DNA of 64,000 nt from Balanoglossus misakiensis (lineage: Eukaryota; Animalia; Hemichordata), in NCBI GenBank assembly GCA_040954595.2, contig JBECUI020000028.1, forward strand, positions 248,001-312,000, written 5' to 3'. The position numbers and the translations under genes were made by a program. The stretch's first letter is position 1, and each line of letters starts with the position of its first letter. Shown piece by piece: positions 26,568 through 39,551 of the stretch. Below the pieces are notes generated by a model. It searched no databases and was not told where the DNA came from. It saw only the letters and a program-made list of their open reading frames with translations.

Positions 26568-28420
26568 CTAGTCAGATAAGGATTCATATTTTATAGAATT
26601 TCGGAGATTCACGTACAATTCCACAGCAGAATATGGGTCAGAAGGTAAATGCATATTGTTGTCGACCATGTATGAGACACAGTACTCGAATAAATCTTCA
26701 TCACAGGGGCACGCTCCTTTGAACACACATTCCTCTCGGCATGTGTTAATCGGTTCCTGAGAAACAGTTGATCCGAAATCATGACTTCCATACATCTCCG
26801 GGACAAAGAACATCATATGAGGTCGCCCGATGGGAGAGACTGCGTTACGTGAACGACTGATCCTGTGACAATTCCATTCCATTACAGCATCATCCAGTTC
26901 ATCCTGAATTATAAAATGACAGGCACAAAATGTATGAGGAAGTTCAATGTTAGCAGTTTAATACATGCATCAGTTAAACATAGTCCCTAGGTACTATAGG
27001 ATATCTAAAAGATACATACATGGTGACACCTCATCTACATGAACTCTTCAGACGGGAAGGTACACCTAAAATTAATTTATTGTAGTGAAATATAACCAAA
27101 CAAACGGAATAAAATTACAAATATTATAATTATAACAATTTACATATATTAGATTATCAATTGGTGTATAGACGGGTTTACCAGCTGGCGTGTAATTTAT
27201 GATGAGGCTTATCACACCAACAGTATTCGATCCGAGATTAATAGTAAGGTATTTATCGAAGGAGTGGAAAGTCTAAAATGTTGTCCAACATATGCATGCA
27301 GGATAGAGGTGCATAAAATGGACAATTGGAATAAGTAGACAAGGACAGTCTTAAATCACACACACAATGCATTGCAGGTTGTGATTTTTGTTCATCATGA
27401 TACATATCAACACATGTACAGCACATTTTAAGCCTTTTTTACTTTGTATTTGAAGGTTTAAACCAAAATATGTGAGCAGTCCTTTCTTTTCAATACATAA
27501 AAACGTTCTTTTTTATACTCCTCCCATTTGGAAGAGCGTAGGGTTATTGTTAGTCAGTTTATACATGGGACTTCTTATATTTTATTGTATTGTACGTTTT
27601 CACTATATAATATCAATCCTAGCAATATAAGTCCCAAATTCTTCTTCTTACCTGTATCATTTTCAGGAAGCAAAATCTGACCAGATCTTTATCAAGATAA
27701 TCACCACTGAAGACTCCATCATCCTTTAGTTTGTAGAAAAGATCCAACCAAAACTGTCCACAGTGTTGGCGAAATGTACCCCACCATCGTTCTATGCGTT
27801 GGTTGAGTTGACTGCTGCCATAATAAAAGCAGTTGTCATCATTTGTTAGAAACTTCTGGAACTGTTCAACATGTCCATTTTCTGTGCCTCTATCCGCTCG
27901 CATGTTTTGGGGGCAAGATTTCAGACTTTCAACTTCTTTGATGAAGTACCCTGCTATAATCTTCGGATCACTGTTGGTGTGATAAGCTTGAGCCCAAATT
28001 ACACGCCTGGAAAACCCGTCTATACACCCATTGATTGCTATTCCGTAAGGGGAAAGTTTGTCATACGAATCTAGGTGCCACATATAGTTCGGCCCAGGAG
28101 ACCCATACTGGCGACGGCGTAGACGACGTCTCTTTCTTAATTCCACACATATGGGGTCAATGATCTGGAGTAACAACCGCACACTCTCCCTGTCGATAAC
28201 CATTCCTCTCTGGACACACTTTAAATGCATCCACCGATAGCCGTGGAGTCTTCCAGATTTGTCAACCTCTTCTCTCAGAAATGTTATTACCTCATTGATG
28301 TCTGAATGGTACTTCCGTCTGAAAAGTCCGAGTTTCTTCAGTAATCTTTTAAGATGACGCATACTAATGACACGTTATGATTGACAGCTAAAGTAGCCAG
28401 GATTTCACTGTAGTTGAAGC
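26568..28420 (-). CDS. IS3/integrase-core DDE transposase (exons 28420-27652 and 26903-26568); 5' end frameshifted and truncated
   Basis: Motifs GPNYMWHLDSYDKL, GCIDGFSR, RADRGTEN and NQRIERWW; MIQ|gtaag splices in frame to cag|DELDDAVMEWNCHRI. The upstream GFNYSEILATLAVNHN is out of frame and ends abruptly at 28420. Confidence 0.88.
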
Positions 28421-28422
28421 AC

Positions 28423-28781
28423 CATGTAGCTCTGCTTGGCATAGTAAAACACGTGTCACGTGTTGATCACATGACTTAAATGAAGGCGAACGTCCATGTT
28501 TGTATGGGAGGGTCACCAGTTTTACGGCGCTGCATTAACGACGTTTACGATTCGTCGACAAACACGTCAAGTAGGTTCTCATTTGTGAAATTTTCGTTCG
28601 ATCTTTATTTCTGACAACATTATGTACATGTTCATGTAGTTTATTGTTTGAAAATCGGTGCGTATCATTTTGCTCCGCACCCAACGGATTTTCCTATGGA
28701 TGGCTCCATAGCTGTGGGGAGGGAGAGCAGCGTTGACCCAAACAGCGTATAAGTCCAGAGCTATGCTGGGCAGAGCTGTGT
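28423..28781. mobile_element. Small MITE abutting the truncated integrase 5' end
   Basis: Imperfect inverted ends catgtagctctgcttggcatag / ctatgctgggcagagctgtgtg. Confidence 0.5.
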
Positions 28782-29446
28782 GTCTTTACGACGTCACTCC
28801 TGTATATGAGAGAGACGGTGGGCGATCTCTTTTACAGTTATTTTCAAAATATTGTTTTTAAAAAAATAATATTTATTATCATCATCATCATCATCATGAT
28901 TCCAGCTATTAATTTGCAGTACACGTTGTTGTCTTTTGCCAGAAAGGAATGCATTTCTCATATCACCTTACAAACTGCCAGAAATCCAAACAACACCTTT
29001 ATGATAAAGCCTACAATGAAATGGTGGATGGTACAAATCAAAGATTATGTGACTGCATGATCCTCTCCACATGATACTTCTCAAAGGATATTAATTTGCT
29101 TGGAGGGTGAATGTCTGTTGCTAAGCAACCAATGATGTGGGAGTGATGTAGAAATCTTTGTGATTTCTCAAAATATAACCATTATTCTAAATTAATATTT
29201 CCGTCAATTGGTTTTCAAGCATAATATATACACAACACAACAAATTATATTGATATACCATGCCTAAAATATGAAATGGAAAAAATGCAATCAAATGAGT
29301 GGCCAAGCAAATGTTTTCAAAATTTTCCATTTAATTAACATTTTGTAATAGTTTATATATTTGAGGCTGACTGTGGGTTGATTCTGTCTGTCTTAAACAT
29401 TCAAGAAAAATTTGTTTGTAAAGTCATTTCAATGCCTGTCTATTAA

Positions 29447-29773
29447 AGCCTGTGTAGCTGCCAAATTTCACATTTTTCAACAATAAAATACTTCAAATAT
29501 ATTCCCTATCCTCTAAATCCTCAACTTAAGCCATATTACTCGCATTTGCATCAGTTTGTCATCTTTTGGCGACGCAAACCACGATAGCTGCGTACTGTTT
29601 GTATGGAGGCTGATGAAATAGGTGCGGCACCGTTTTAATACAAAAGTGTTCAAATTGCAACATGCAGTCATAATCGGGCATCGATAAGGTGTTCATGTAT
29701 ACCTAAGTAAGCTTATTTAGATGGACTAATTTAAGTTGGAAATTAATGCTAAAAAGTGGCAGCTCTAGAGACT
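29447..29773. mobile_element. Kolobok-type MITE
   Basis: ttaa-AGCCTGTGTAGCTGCCA ... TGGCAGCTCTAGAGACT-ttca; the internal segment is similar to 15800-15890. Confidence 0.55.
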
Positions 29774-32700
29774 TTCAATTCCACATTTTCTAATTCCACA
29801 ATTGTTGGATGTAAATGTATTTGAAATATGTGCTTTGATTGGATTATATGACATAGATTTATTTGAAGGGTGTGTTTGGATTAGATTATGTGACCATTGG
29901 ATTTTGGATTTGTGTTCAAGAATTGTTTGGAAATATAGAAGGGATCTGATGAAAAATGTTCAGGCAATTATTTTACCTTGGTCTAGAGTTTTAAAAAAGG
30001 GTGCGTGATTTTCATGTTGTTTGGGTATTGATACTATGTTCACTTCCAGTTCTATATTTGCAAATTGAGATATGCTTAAATGTCCAGTATCCAGCTTATC
30101 AACTCTACCAGTATTTTCATTAATAACAATAAAATTTATGCGTTTATTGTTTGTGTAATTTGGATTATTAAGTCAAATGAGGGACAGTTCTTAATGTACA
30201 CCTTGGAATGAATCAATCAACAACATAATAGATAGGTGCATATTTTTCCTCTATTTTGATGTGAACTTTGCTAAATACTTTTTATCATTTAAACAATGAC
30301 CTTTGGCTTTTCAGAGACGCGGTCAAGATGTCTCTCCTAATCCGTTTGAGCTCGCGCTCTGATTCGATAGTATCATGCAGATGTTGCTTCATGTGATTGG
30401 CTAACGTCCTTGTCACGTGACGTGGCATACGTGTGGAACATACGTTCGGAACAACAAACGACACTTGTACGCGTAAATTATGATTACGTATAAAATAATT
30501 CGGATAATCTCAATTTTTGGCGATCGATCTATAAAAATGAAATTGTGAAGTAAGTAGGCAACCATGGTGATACTTCCGGTGGAACGCCATTCTCGTGTAC
30601 GTTAAGGCGTGGGCGCCCTCTATCGACAGACTGAATACGTTAATCGAGCATAATAAACAATTGTAACCACACCAGCCAATCAGTTGATGTAATTCATGTT
30701 CAAGACAAGCAAATAAAATGAGACATTTCCGAGAAAACCTCCAAAACTATTATCATGTGACAAATAGTGGCATTTTGGGGGTCGAAAATGATATTCTTAA
30801 AACAAGGCCAAAAATCCACCGCTAGATGCTCACAATCCCATTATAATGTTTTAGTTTCACCTTATGACCCGTCAACTTTCTCTGATAGGACTCATACTGT
30901 AGTGTATTTCGCTGCCATAATATTTTGACGATGTAGATTATCGACTACCCATTGACCGGCAGCCAAAATTCCAACATTTATAGGGTTATGCTGAATCATT
31001 AACTTCGTTTTCAAACACAGTATCGTAATCTTGAAATGGGCGAACATGTTAACCTTCGATTACGACCAGAGGTGTCAGAAAATAAAGCTGTTTAGCGGTG
31101 GATTTTTCGTATTTTCCGCCTCGTAAATTATCCTTACCCTGGGACGCTCGCCCAGGGGTGCCATTACGTAATGCCTTAGTTGGCGTGATGCATTGTGGGT
31201 AAAATCAGCTGATCGTATACGCGTATCCTAGCAACTGACATGGACGCTACCATTAGCGCCCGCCCGCGTTCAAGATCATTTTAGTGTCGCTACAGTTCAG
31301 AAAATCGTGAACATACATAATTCCCAATCAGTTTGGGATGATTTTTAGCCACAAGTAGTAATTACTGTCACTCATTCACTTATTTAACAAGCCATGACAA
31401 CATTATATGAGGGAAATAAACCTTTATTTCAACTTCAATCTGGTGAGTACATGGTTTTCATTTTACCCCATCAAAATAGTGCGTCTTGAAAGGTCAAAGT
31501 TCAACTTTTCCTTTGTTCATGTAAAATTGGCGCCATATTCAAATTGCAGCAGATGATCCCTTCAGCTGTTATTTGGAGGTAAGCACTTGTTCAGTTGGCA
31601 TGTCATCATGGCATTTTGTGGTTATTTTATGGCCATAGCTGCAAGAGCAACAAAAGAGCTTTCTAATTCCGAAAGTCTACTCAGGAAAAGGCTGAAAATA
31701 CATCAAGATTTATGCCTGTTTACAACATATCCATTGGACAAAGGTATGCCAAATATCAGGATATCATGGCTAACAGCAGAAATATGCAAGTTACCAGTTT
31801 AAATTTAAACTGCCACGATTTGAGAAAACACTAAGTGCTTCAGTTCAATGGTTGAATTCCAGGAAAAATGTCAGTATTTCTACAGCATTTTTCTGCAACT
31901 AGTTGGCAAAAACTGCCTTTATCAAGGCAAATCCTACACACAGCACTTGACTGTCAAGAGTGCCAAAGTAGCAATGTTGATGTTCTACTTTTAAACAAGT
32001 ACTATCAGAAACATATCAAAAGTCTTCCCTTCTCGACTGTTGAGGTAATTGAAGATGCAATGGGAGAGATGCAACAACTACAAAATCCACATGAGACAAA
32101 GCTGACTGTCCCTCTTAAATCTGCCGTAAGAACTGCCGGACAGCTATATCAGCGAGTAGAGGAGTCATACAATAAAGTGTACTCAACACCTTTCAGTGAA
32201 GCGCTTCTCAAAGTTCCGGGGTTCAAGCTACAGACAAAAATCAGCAAAGAACAGAAAAAGAAAGACAGACGAGCACTTTATACTAATGTCAAGCAAAGCA
32301 TCGAAAAATCCCACGCTAAAAATGACGGAGATTTAAAAACAATCCTAGGATCCGGTCAGTCATTTGCTTGCTACGAATCATGTTGACGGTCTGTTGACTT
32401 TGAGTCTACCGATTCTGCCAAGAAGCGAGTAAATCGCCGTCTACAACTAGAATCCCTCAACAAGCTGACACCAAAAGACCATGTTGTAAAAACAGAGTCT
32501 GTTGAATGGGACAAAAGCTCATTTGTAAGTGAACTTTCCAATTATGATGCTGGCAAGGTCAACTGGAGTAGCCTTGCGAGAAAGTACGGGCTAACAGCTG
32601 CAAATGGTGGCCAAATACTGAAAGAGTACGCAACCTCAGCTGGCATCGACACTGACAAGTTCAATATCAATAAGAAGGTTCAAGGTCGAGATTTTGTCAG

Positions 32701-34939
32701 AAGAGTACACCGTAAAACATTGAAAGGTCTTGGGGGAGGTGTCACTTCCTCAACACCGACCAGCAAGAGCCCTGCAAGAAATATTGAAAACAAAAATAAG
32801 AAGTGGCGAAATCGACATCGGTGAATTAATAGCACCAAAAGAGTTCCAAAAGATGACCATTGGAAAAGATGGCAAATTAAAAGAAGAAACTTATACAATC
32901 TACGCTAGAAAAATAAACTTACAGACAATCCGAAAACGAGAGCTTGACAGACAAATTAAGCTTGGTGTTCTGAGAAGCCATGTTTATGGGTATGACGACG
33001 GTCATTACCAAAACCTAGAAGAAAAAGAAATAAGGGATGAGCTACAAAGAATACACGAGTTGAAAGAAGGAGAAACCATCGATGAAATGCGCAGTAAATT
33101 AAAAAGACTACATCACTCACGGCACTTCAAAATATGGCATGACCACAGTACTGTAGGCAACCATTCCCACATTGTCTTCATGGTGAGCTGGATATACGAC
33201 GCGGCAACATATCTGACAAATGAGGAGTACTTGGAGAAACACGGAAAAAAAGTAAACGTTGACTCGCTTGTTGAGAAGCCACATCTATATATAATGGGAC
33301 GATCCAACTCCAATGACGTTGATCAGCTGTCATATGTTGAAACCAGAGTAGAAGATCTAAAATGTGCAACAGGACCAATAACATCCGACGAAGGTTCCAG
33401 GGAATACACAGATGTCCACCGATTTTTTCATGGCGATGGACCGGCACAGGAGTTTGAGGATTAGCACCAGAAAGGAGGTCACTACCAGTGCATCTGTGGA
33501 ATAGAGTCAAGAAGACACGATGATCTGTCTGCATGTTACCATCTGAAATATCTGTCAATAGATGAGAAACGTAACTTGTTAATCAAGGGCAGCCCAATAT
33601 GGAGAGAAAAGTCACGGCAAACTCCCCATCCATTTGCCAACTTAACAGTGGCCGACCTTAGGAGAGAGCTTGATGCTAGGGGTGAAGAAACTGAAGGATT
33701 AAAGAAGCCAGACTTACAATCTAAACTCTCTGAAATTTTACATGGTATGCAGAGAGTACCAGCACTGCTCCATCTCACTCCAGAATATAATCTTGCTGAA
33801 ATAAACTGCTCTGCATATGAAATTTTGCCATCAGAGCCACTCCATGACCTGAAGGGACACATCCACAATGTGTTAGAAGAAATTCCAGCACAAACCAAGG
33901 ATAAAGAAGAAGCAGTAAAGTTACAGAACTTTATTCAGGCAACATATGGTGGTAAAGACGAAATTCGGGGATGCGATGCACGCAAAGCTATCCTTCTGGT
34001 GTCCCAGTATCTTCACGAGAACAACATAAATACTGAGCATGGTCAGCTTATTGACACGCTTGCTGAAATAAGCGAAACTGCTTATAAACATGACAATGAC
34101 AGATGCCCACGACTGATTCTGCGATTGTATAACACTGTATTTTTGCATGGAATATTGTGCAAAAGGGTATTTGAGAAGCCAAAGAAACTTACCAAACGAA
34201 AGATGTTCGGGCGGTATTTCCATAACATCACCGTCCATCTACCTGATCAACTGAGATTGGTTTCTCTGAGGTCAACAAATGCTGAAAACCAGGAGCGAGT
34301 TTTCAATCGAATACGGAGAGTGACGAAAACAACTTCCTCCAAGCGTCCAGGTGGTATCATAGGTAATGCCATGATACGTCTAGGTGCAGAAGAAGAGATG
34401 ACAAAAGAAAGAGATCCATCACAAATTATAGAATCTGAAATTAGCAAAATTGGAAAGCAGCTCCCAAAACGTCAGAATACAGTAATCCCTGAGGACGAAA
34501 TACTGCGACGACCAACACTACTGCAAAGCCACTATGAAAGGATTGCAGATTTCTTGCTGCCAGGAGAAGGTGCATTGTGGCAGAGACATGAGGAAGCAAT
34601 AGAGTTTTTAACTCTGATACCCAGGATGATTTCAAGGTATCTGCAGTGCAATTTAGTCCCAAATATTTTAACTCACACTTTTATTTCTTTTCAATAACAA
34701 TTACTGTTGATTATATGCAGACATAATACAACAGATTGCATGGTGTTTTGGGACAGGAAAAACTAATCTAAAATATAGTATCAAAGCATCAAAAATTACA
34801 TCTATACATGCCCTGTCTTTTTCATGGAACTTTTCTGTCAAGCAGGTTTTGTTATATTTTGTGACGAGCAACCTCCATTTTTACAAATAATAGAACTATT
34901 CTCGGATATCCCACATGTTTTATGGCTTTCTAAAAATGT

Positions 34940-35274
34940 CTCTCACTCGCTGCCCTTTTTCTTTTTGTGTTTGATACAAAACACCATTTATGTTAATGTA
35001 CATGTGTATATGTAGTGAATGAACGTTCAACCACACACAAGTTCCACCATGCTTGTATATGAGAGTAAAAACTCGCCCAAAATGAATAAATGGTAGAGAC
35101 CGATTGTTCATTTTGGCAAGGTTTTTCACTCTCGTGTCTACAAGCGGGATGGAAGGTGTGTGTGGTTGAATGTTCATTCAGTATATATCCACATGTACAT
35201 TAACATAAACAGTGTCTTGAATGAAACATAATATTAATGGGAAAAGGGCAGCGAGAGAGAGAGACTTTGTCCCT
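34940..35274. mobile_element. Kolobok-type MITE (same family as 14210-15059)
   Basis: Shared aaatgaataaatggtagagaccgatt core and tttgtccct-ttaa end. Confidence 0.75.
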
Positions 35275-36591
35275 TTAACAGCATGCAAATCCTTATTTAT
35301 TTTGGAAAATTCTATTGTAAAAATTTTCCAAGATTATAGTACTTACATTAGCCATTGGTGTTGTGTGTAAACTGTTATATAAAGAATGTTTGATCAATCT
35401 CCTTACCTGTTTATTTCTATAGGAACCATTTCCGGTCATAATCTCTGCAAAAGGTACAATGTGATATAGGTGTTGGTAAGATTGTGTGGACAGAGTAAGA
35501 AGTGAAGCAATTGCTTTACCAATCCACAAGATAAAGCTCTATGACAGCAATGGTGAAAGAAGTGGTAGCCTCACTGTCACAGGCTTTCAAGATGATAGCA
35601 GACGTAAGAGCATATTACATCACAGTCAAACCAAATAAGTGACTTCATCTGTATGCATATAATTTTGGGGGAAACATTACTTTCAAAAATGTGAATTTCT
35701 TTCACTTCAGCCTGTCAAAATTAATTGACCTATATATACCCAGCCATGTTCAACTTTCAATACCACATGAATTCAATGAAAGTATATCTAATGGGCGAAA
35801 TGTGTTGCTTCTCGCCTGATTTAGCAAAATTGAGTGACATAAATACTGGCTGGAACGGCTTAGTTAAATGAACGTTTGAAATTATTTTTGAATTATGATT
35901 AGTCTATAACAGTAATAAATTTTGAAATAACACTATATAATACAAGCACTACAAAAAATGTCAATATTTTATACTACCTTATAGAATCCGAGGAAATTCC
36001 AGAGCATCCAATTGGTGTAGATGATGATGACCATGACTTGTTGATTGATCCTGGTTCCCATGAACACATCCTCTCAGTAGAAGATGATAAACTTGCCCCT
36101 GATATCACCATGGACATGAATGACATCGAGCCGACAAGTGTACCTGAAAGGAACATAACATTACATGGTAGCAATGCTGAGGAGACCCGTTGCAGTATAC
36201 CAATAGAAGATACAAGACAGACACAGCATAGTACAGGGGAAGACATCAACATGACAGACTGTGATTTGGAAACAGAGCACACTGAGGAGACAGTTGAAGC
36301 AGAAAGGATGGAAGTCAATGGTATGGAAAATTGCTGCACTCAAGGAGGTAACTATTACTATAGTGAAGTTACCATGTATGGGATTGTTCATTTCAAGGTT
36401 CCACTCATTCTTATTTCCTCCCCCCCCCCCACCATCCCCAAATAAATCTGCAAGCCCACATTCCAAGCACATAGTTATGTCACAGTGCAGGAGATAGTCA
36501 TTTCAATTTTATTTTAGAAAGGAAAGATAAATGTGTGTGAGCGGGAAAAGATATGAAACATGACACACCCACATATATGTACATTTATAAT

Positions 36592-37020
36592 ATACCTCAT
36601 GCTAATACTGTGCCGTGATTCGCCAGAATCCGTCACGTGATAGGAAAATAGAATCGACTATGAACCGCTAGGGAAATAGCAGAAAAAATATAAACCGGTC
36701 ACGTGACCCGCGTGAGTGCGCAGACTCGGTCGCGTCAATCAGCGTCGCGTCGTCTGACACAATGGCCACCACTGAAGATGTCGTCTGCCAGCCTCAAGAA
36801 AAAATTGCAAGATTTTCCCAGCTGTTAGCATGAGGTTTATTATAAAACACCTATAGCCTGGCCTATATTCGGGCCATAGCAGCCGTTTTTACCCCCTCGT
36901 GACTGTGAGTTACCAGAATCATATGCTATTTCCCTCGGCCGCATATGATTCTGGTAACTCACAGCCCCTCGGGTGTAATAAACGGCCGCTATGGCCCTCA
37001 TGGCCAGGCAATAGGTGTTC
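36592..37020. mobile_element. Double-hairpin non-autonomous element (Crypton-like)
   Basis: Arm pair acctcatgctaa/ttagcatgaggt (36594-36836), immediately followed by a foldback of about 175 bp, aacacctatagcctggcc ... ggccaggcaataggtgtt. Confidence 0.6.
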
Positions 37021-38854
37021 AATATTTCATGTTGACCTTGTGGAACCCCAGGTCAGTTTAAGTGGCCCAAAAGGAAATCACTTTAAGAAAAACTCATTAT
37101 TATTGCTGTTAAACCTTAATGTTGTTTTCTTGTTTGCATTCAGGCAAGTCAAGTATCAAAGAAGTTGCCAAATCAACAGCAAAGATAACAGCCACACATG
37201 AAGAGTCATCAATCTCAGAGTAAAGTTAGTGATACTTCTTCAACCACGATGGACAGTCTGATATTTGTCCTTGGAGAGACAAAAGAAGTCGAATAATTTG
37301 ATAAATCACGAAATTCTTTGAAGGCCCTTCCCAATGATAAGAAGTTAATAAATGAATATACAGAAGCTAAGGTGAAAGTAGGAACAAAGCTGATGAAATC
37401 ATACAGCATAGCCAAGCTGTCAATCAAAGAGTGGGAACAAGAATATTGCATAAATCATTGGGGTTGTGCACCAAATTTGGAAGATTACAAGAGAAATAAA
37501 CGTATATTGAAATTGTACAAACAAACAAAAATGGCAACACATTTTTTGAAAAGCTGGAATATTGATTATAACTGAGAGGTGAAGTATTTCCAGCTGTATG
37601 TGCATGCAATTTGATTACTCAGTGAGGACATATTTTGTACACTACACGTACATTCAGAAATATGGCATATTTTTCTAATGACATGGAGATTTTTGTGACT
37701 TCTGATGCAGAGTAAATATACAAGATATTGTTAACTTTGGTGAATTTAAGTTCATTTTGTTGTGGTTTAATTTACTGTAAATAATTTTTCCAAATGTTTG
37801 CATTGTATAATTTACTTCCAAATCAGATGTTCTTTCCTTGTCATTTGCTACCAAAATTTAGTACCAAATGCATGGCATTTGTATGTCTGTGTTCAGGCTG
37901 TGGCCACAACCAATCTTGTAGCTGTGGCTGAGACTTTCAATTTTCTGCTTGATGTTAATAAACAATAACTTTGTAGTTTTGAATTTTGATGGAAAGGCAA
38001 TCATCTATATTTGTCACTCATAAAAATGCACATTTCTTGACAATGTTGTTGAACCACTTCTCCCAAAATAATGGGACCCTTTGGTTTCAACCCCCAACCT
38101 GTCAGTGTTCAAATCTCACATTGTAAACACCACCTGCACCTGCACTTTGTTAATACAAGGAGACTGGAAACAGTGTGCTACACAATAAATTGAGACAAAG
38201 GAGTGTTACAAGACTTAACAAACAAGTAATTAACATATGGCCTAGTTGCACAGGAAAATGCTACAAACAAGTTTTTCCCGCCCAAGTCAGACTGTGCGTG
38301 GCGTGGGTCCATAGCTGCAGCTGTGGTGTTTTCTGGCTAATTGTACTTTTCCTTTTTACGGGCTCTTTTTCCGTGTCGATCAGAAAATTGCCCGCAAAAT
38401 GTCAGACAAAAATTGCCAGAAAACACCACTGCTATGACCCAGAATGAGATTATACTTAGGCCGTCCTCTGCATGCCATACTATCGATCGCACGTACCGAA
38501 CGAAACTCGCATCACATGCAATCCGAAAATAGCTGATAAGAACTTACCTTCATTGTACAGTTTACCGTAAAAAGCAGTCTTACACCGACGATTACGTTGG
38601 CAGGAAATGAAGGCATCGACTAAAACAACATGAATCGGATGTACCGCGTACCGCCCACACGATGCACATGTCTGTCGCGATACAATACCATAGACTATTT
38701 TACTTCTGTCCATTCGCTCGCAAACGTCGTTTTCTGAATGTGTTATGAGCTTTGGGCACATTTAAGGACCGAAACGGGGAGATTTTTGACATTTTTTTGC
38801 CGAATTTTCGTCAAAACCTCGCCGTTTCGGTCCACGCCCGCCCACACATCATAT

Positions 38855-39551
38855 AGGGCGTTCTCACTGGCACGTTTACACCGGTGCTACAGCGGTGTAG
38901 ATTTGACACCGACGGAAAAAAACAAGTGAGAACGCTTTACACCGGTGTTGGGCCGGTGTTGATTTGCGACGGCGATGGGTGGCGGGTCAGGGCCAGTGCT
39001 GGGCCAGCGCTCCGACGCAAATACTCAGTGAGAACGCAAAGATAAACAAACACCGTTCAAAAGCGCCACCCTGCAGTGACTTTTGGGTATGTTTATTAGG
39101 TATAGCCCATTGTCTTTGGTCAGTTTCCATTGTTAAGTCAATCACACTGGACGTGAGTGGTTTTCAAACCATTCGCAGTTTGCATGGTCTGCAACACTTC
39201 TGTCTGCTACCAACTTTCGGAAGGTTCTCTCGATCACCGAAAAGCTGAGGCATTTTCCATTTATGGATTAACATTCATTTACTTCTAAACATTATCAAAA
39301 CTGTCACAAAGTCGTCTAGAACGCATATGCAGGTATAGAAACTGCAACATGTTGCTGTAATGTCCTCGACGTCCTCAATTTTGTTAGTTGCCGTGTTGCT
39401 AAACATGGCCATTTAGACGATGTTTATTTCAAAACAGTGGCCAAAAGTTTAGTGTGTGGACGCACGGAGATTCTGTGGACTAATCCCCTGTGTTTGCAGA
39501 GAGTAAACACTGGCATTACACCGGTGTCAAAACTTTTAGTGAGAACAAGAC
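38855..39551. mobile_element. Harbinger-like MITE
   Basis: gggcgttctcact ... agtgagaacaagac ends with repeated acaccggtgt / agtgagaac subterminal motifs. Confidence 0.55.

Larger units (their letters stand above)
21230..28420. mobile_element. IS3EU-type DNA transposon (left end intact, right end missing) carrying HECT and integrase genes
   Basis: Candidate terminus TATGAAAGCCAG, similar to the TATGGAAAGCCAC TIR at 49802/63743, followed by a subterminal palindromic array and two convergent spliced genes. No mirror end was found in the window. Confidence 0.75.
31394..37575 (+). pseudogene. Degenerate CMC/Transib-group (RAG1-core-like) DDE transposase with inserted SAP domain
   Basis: Fragments in order: WHDHS, RFFHGDGPA..GGHYQCIC, SAP-like LTVADLRRELDARGEETEGLKKPDLQSKL, EPLHDLKGH, YFHNITVH...NAENQERVFN. 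Several stops and frameshifts. Putative later exons at about 35423-35603, 35985-36347 and 37144-37575. Confidence 0.72.

Noticed and set aside
31394-38180. A bona fide RAG1-RAG2 (ProtoRAG-type) transposon
   Set aside because: No RING or nonamer-binding motifs, no kelch-repeat RAG2-like gene, and no convincing RSS-like TIR pair; CACACTG at about 38177 has no matching left end.
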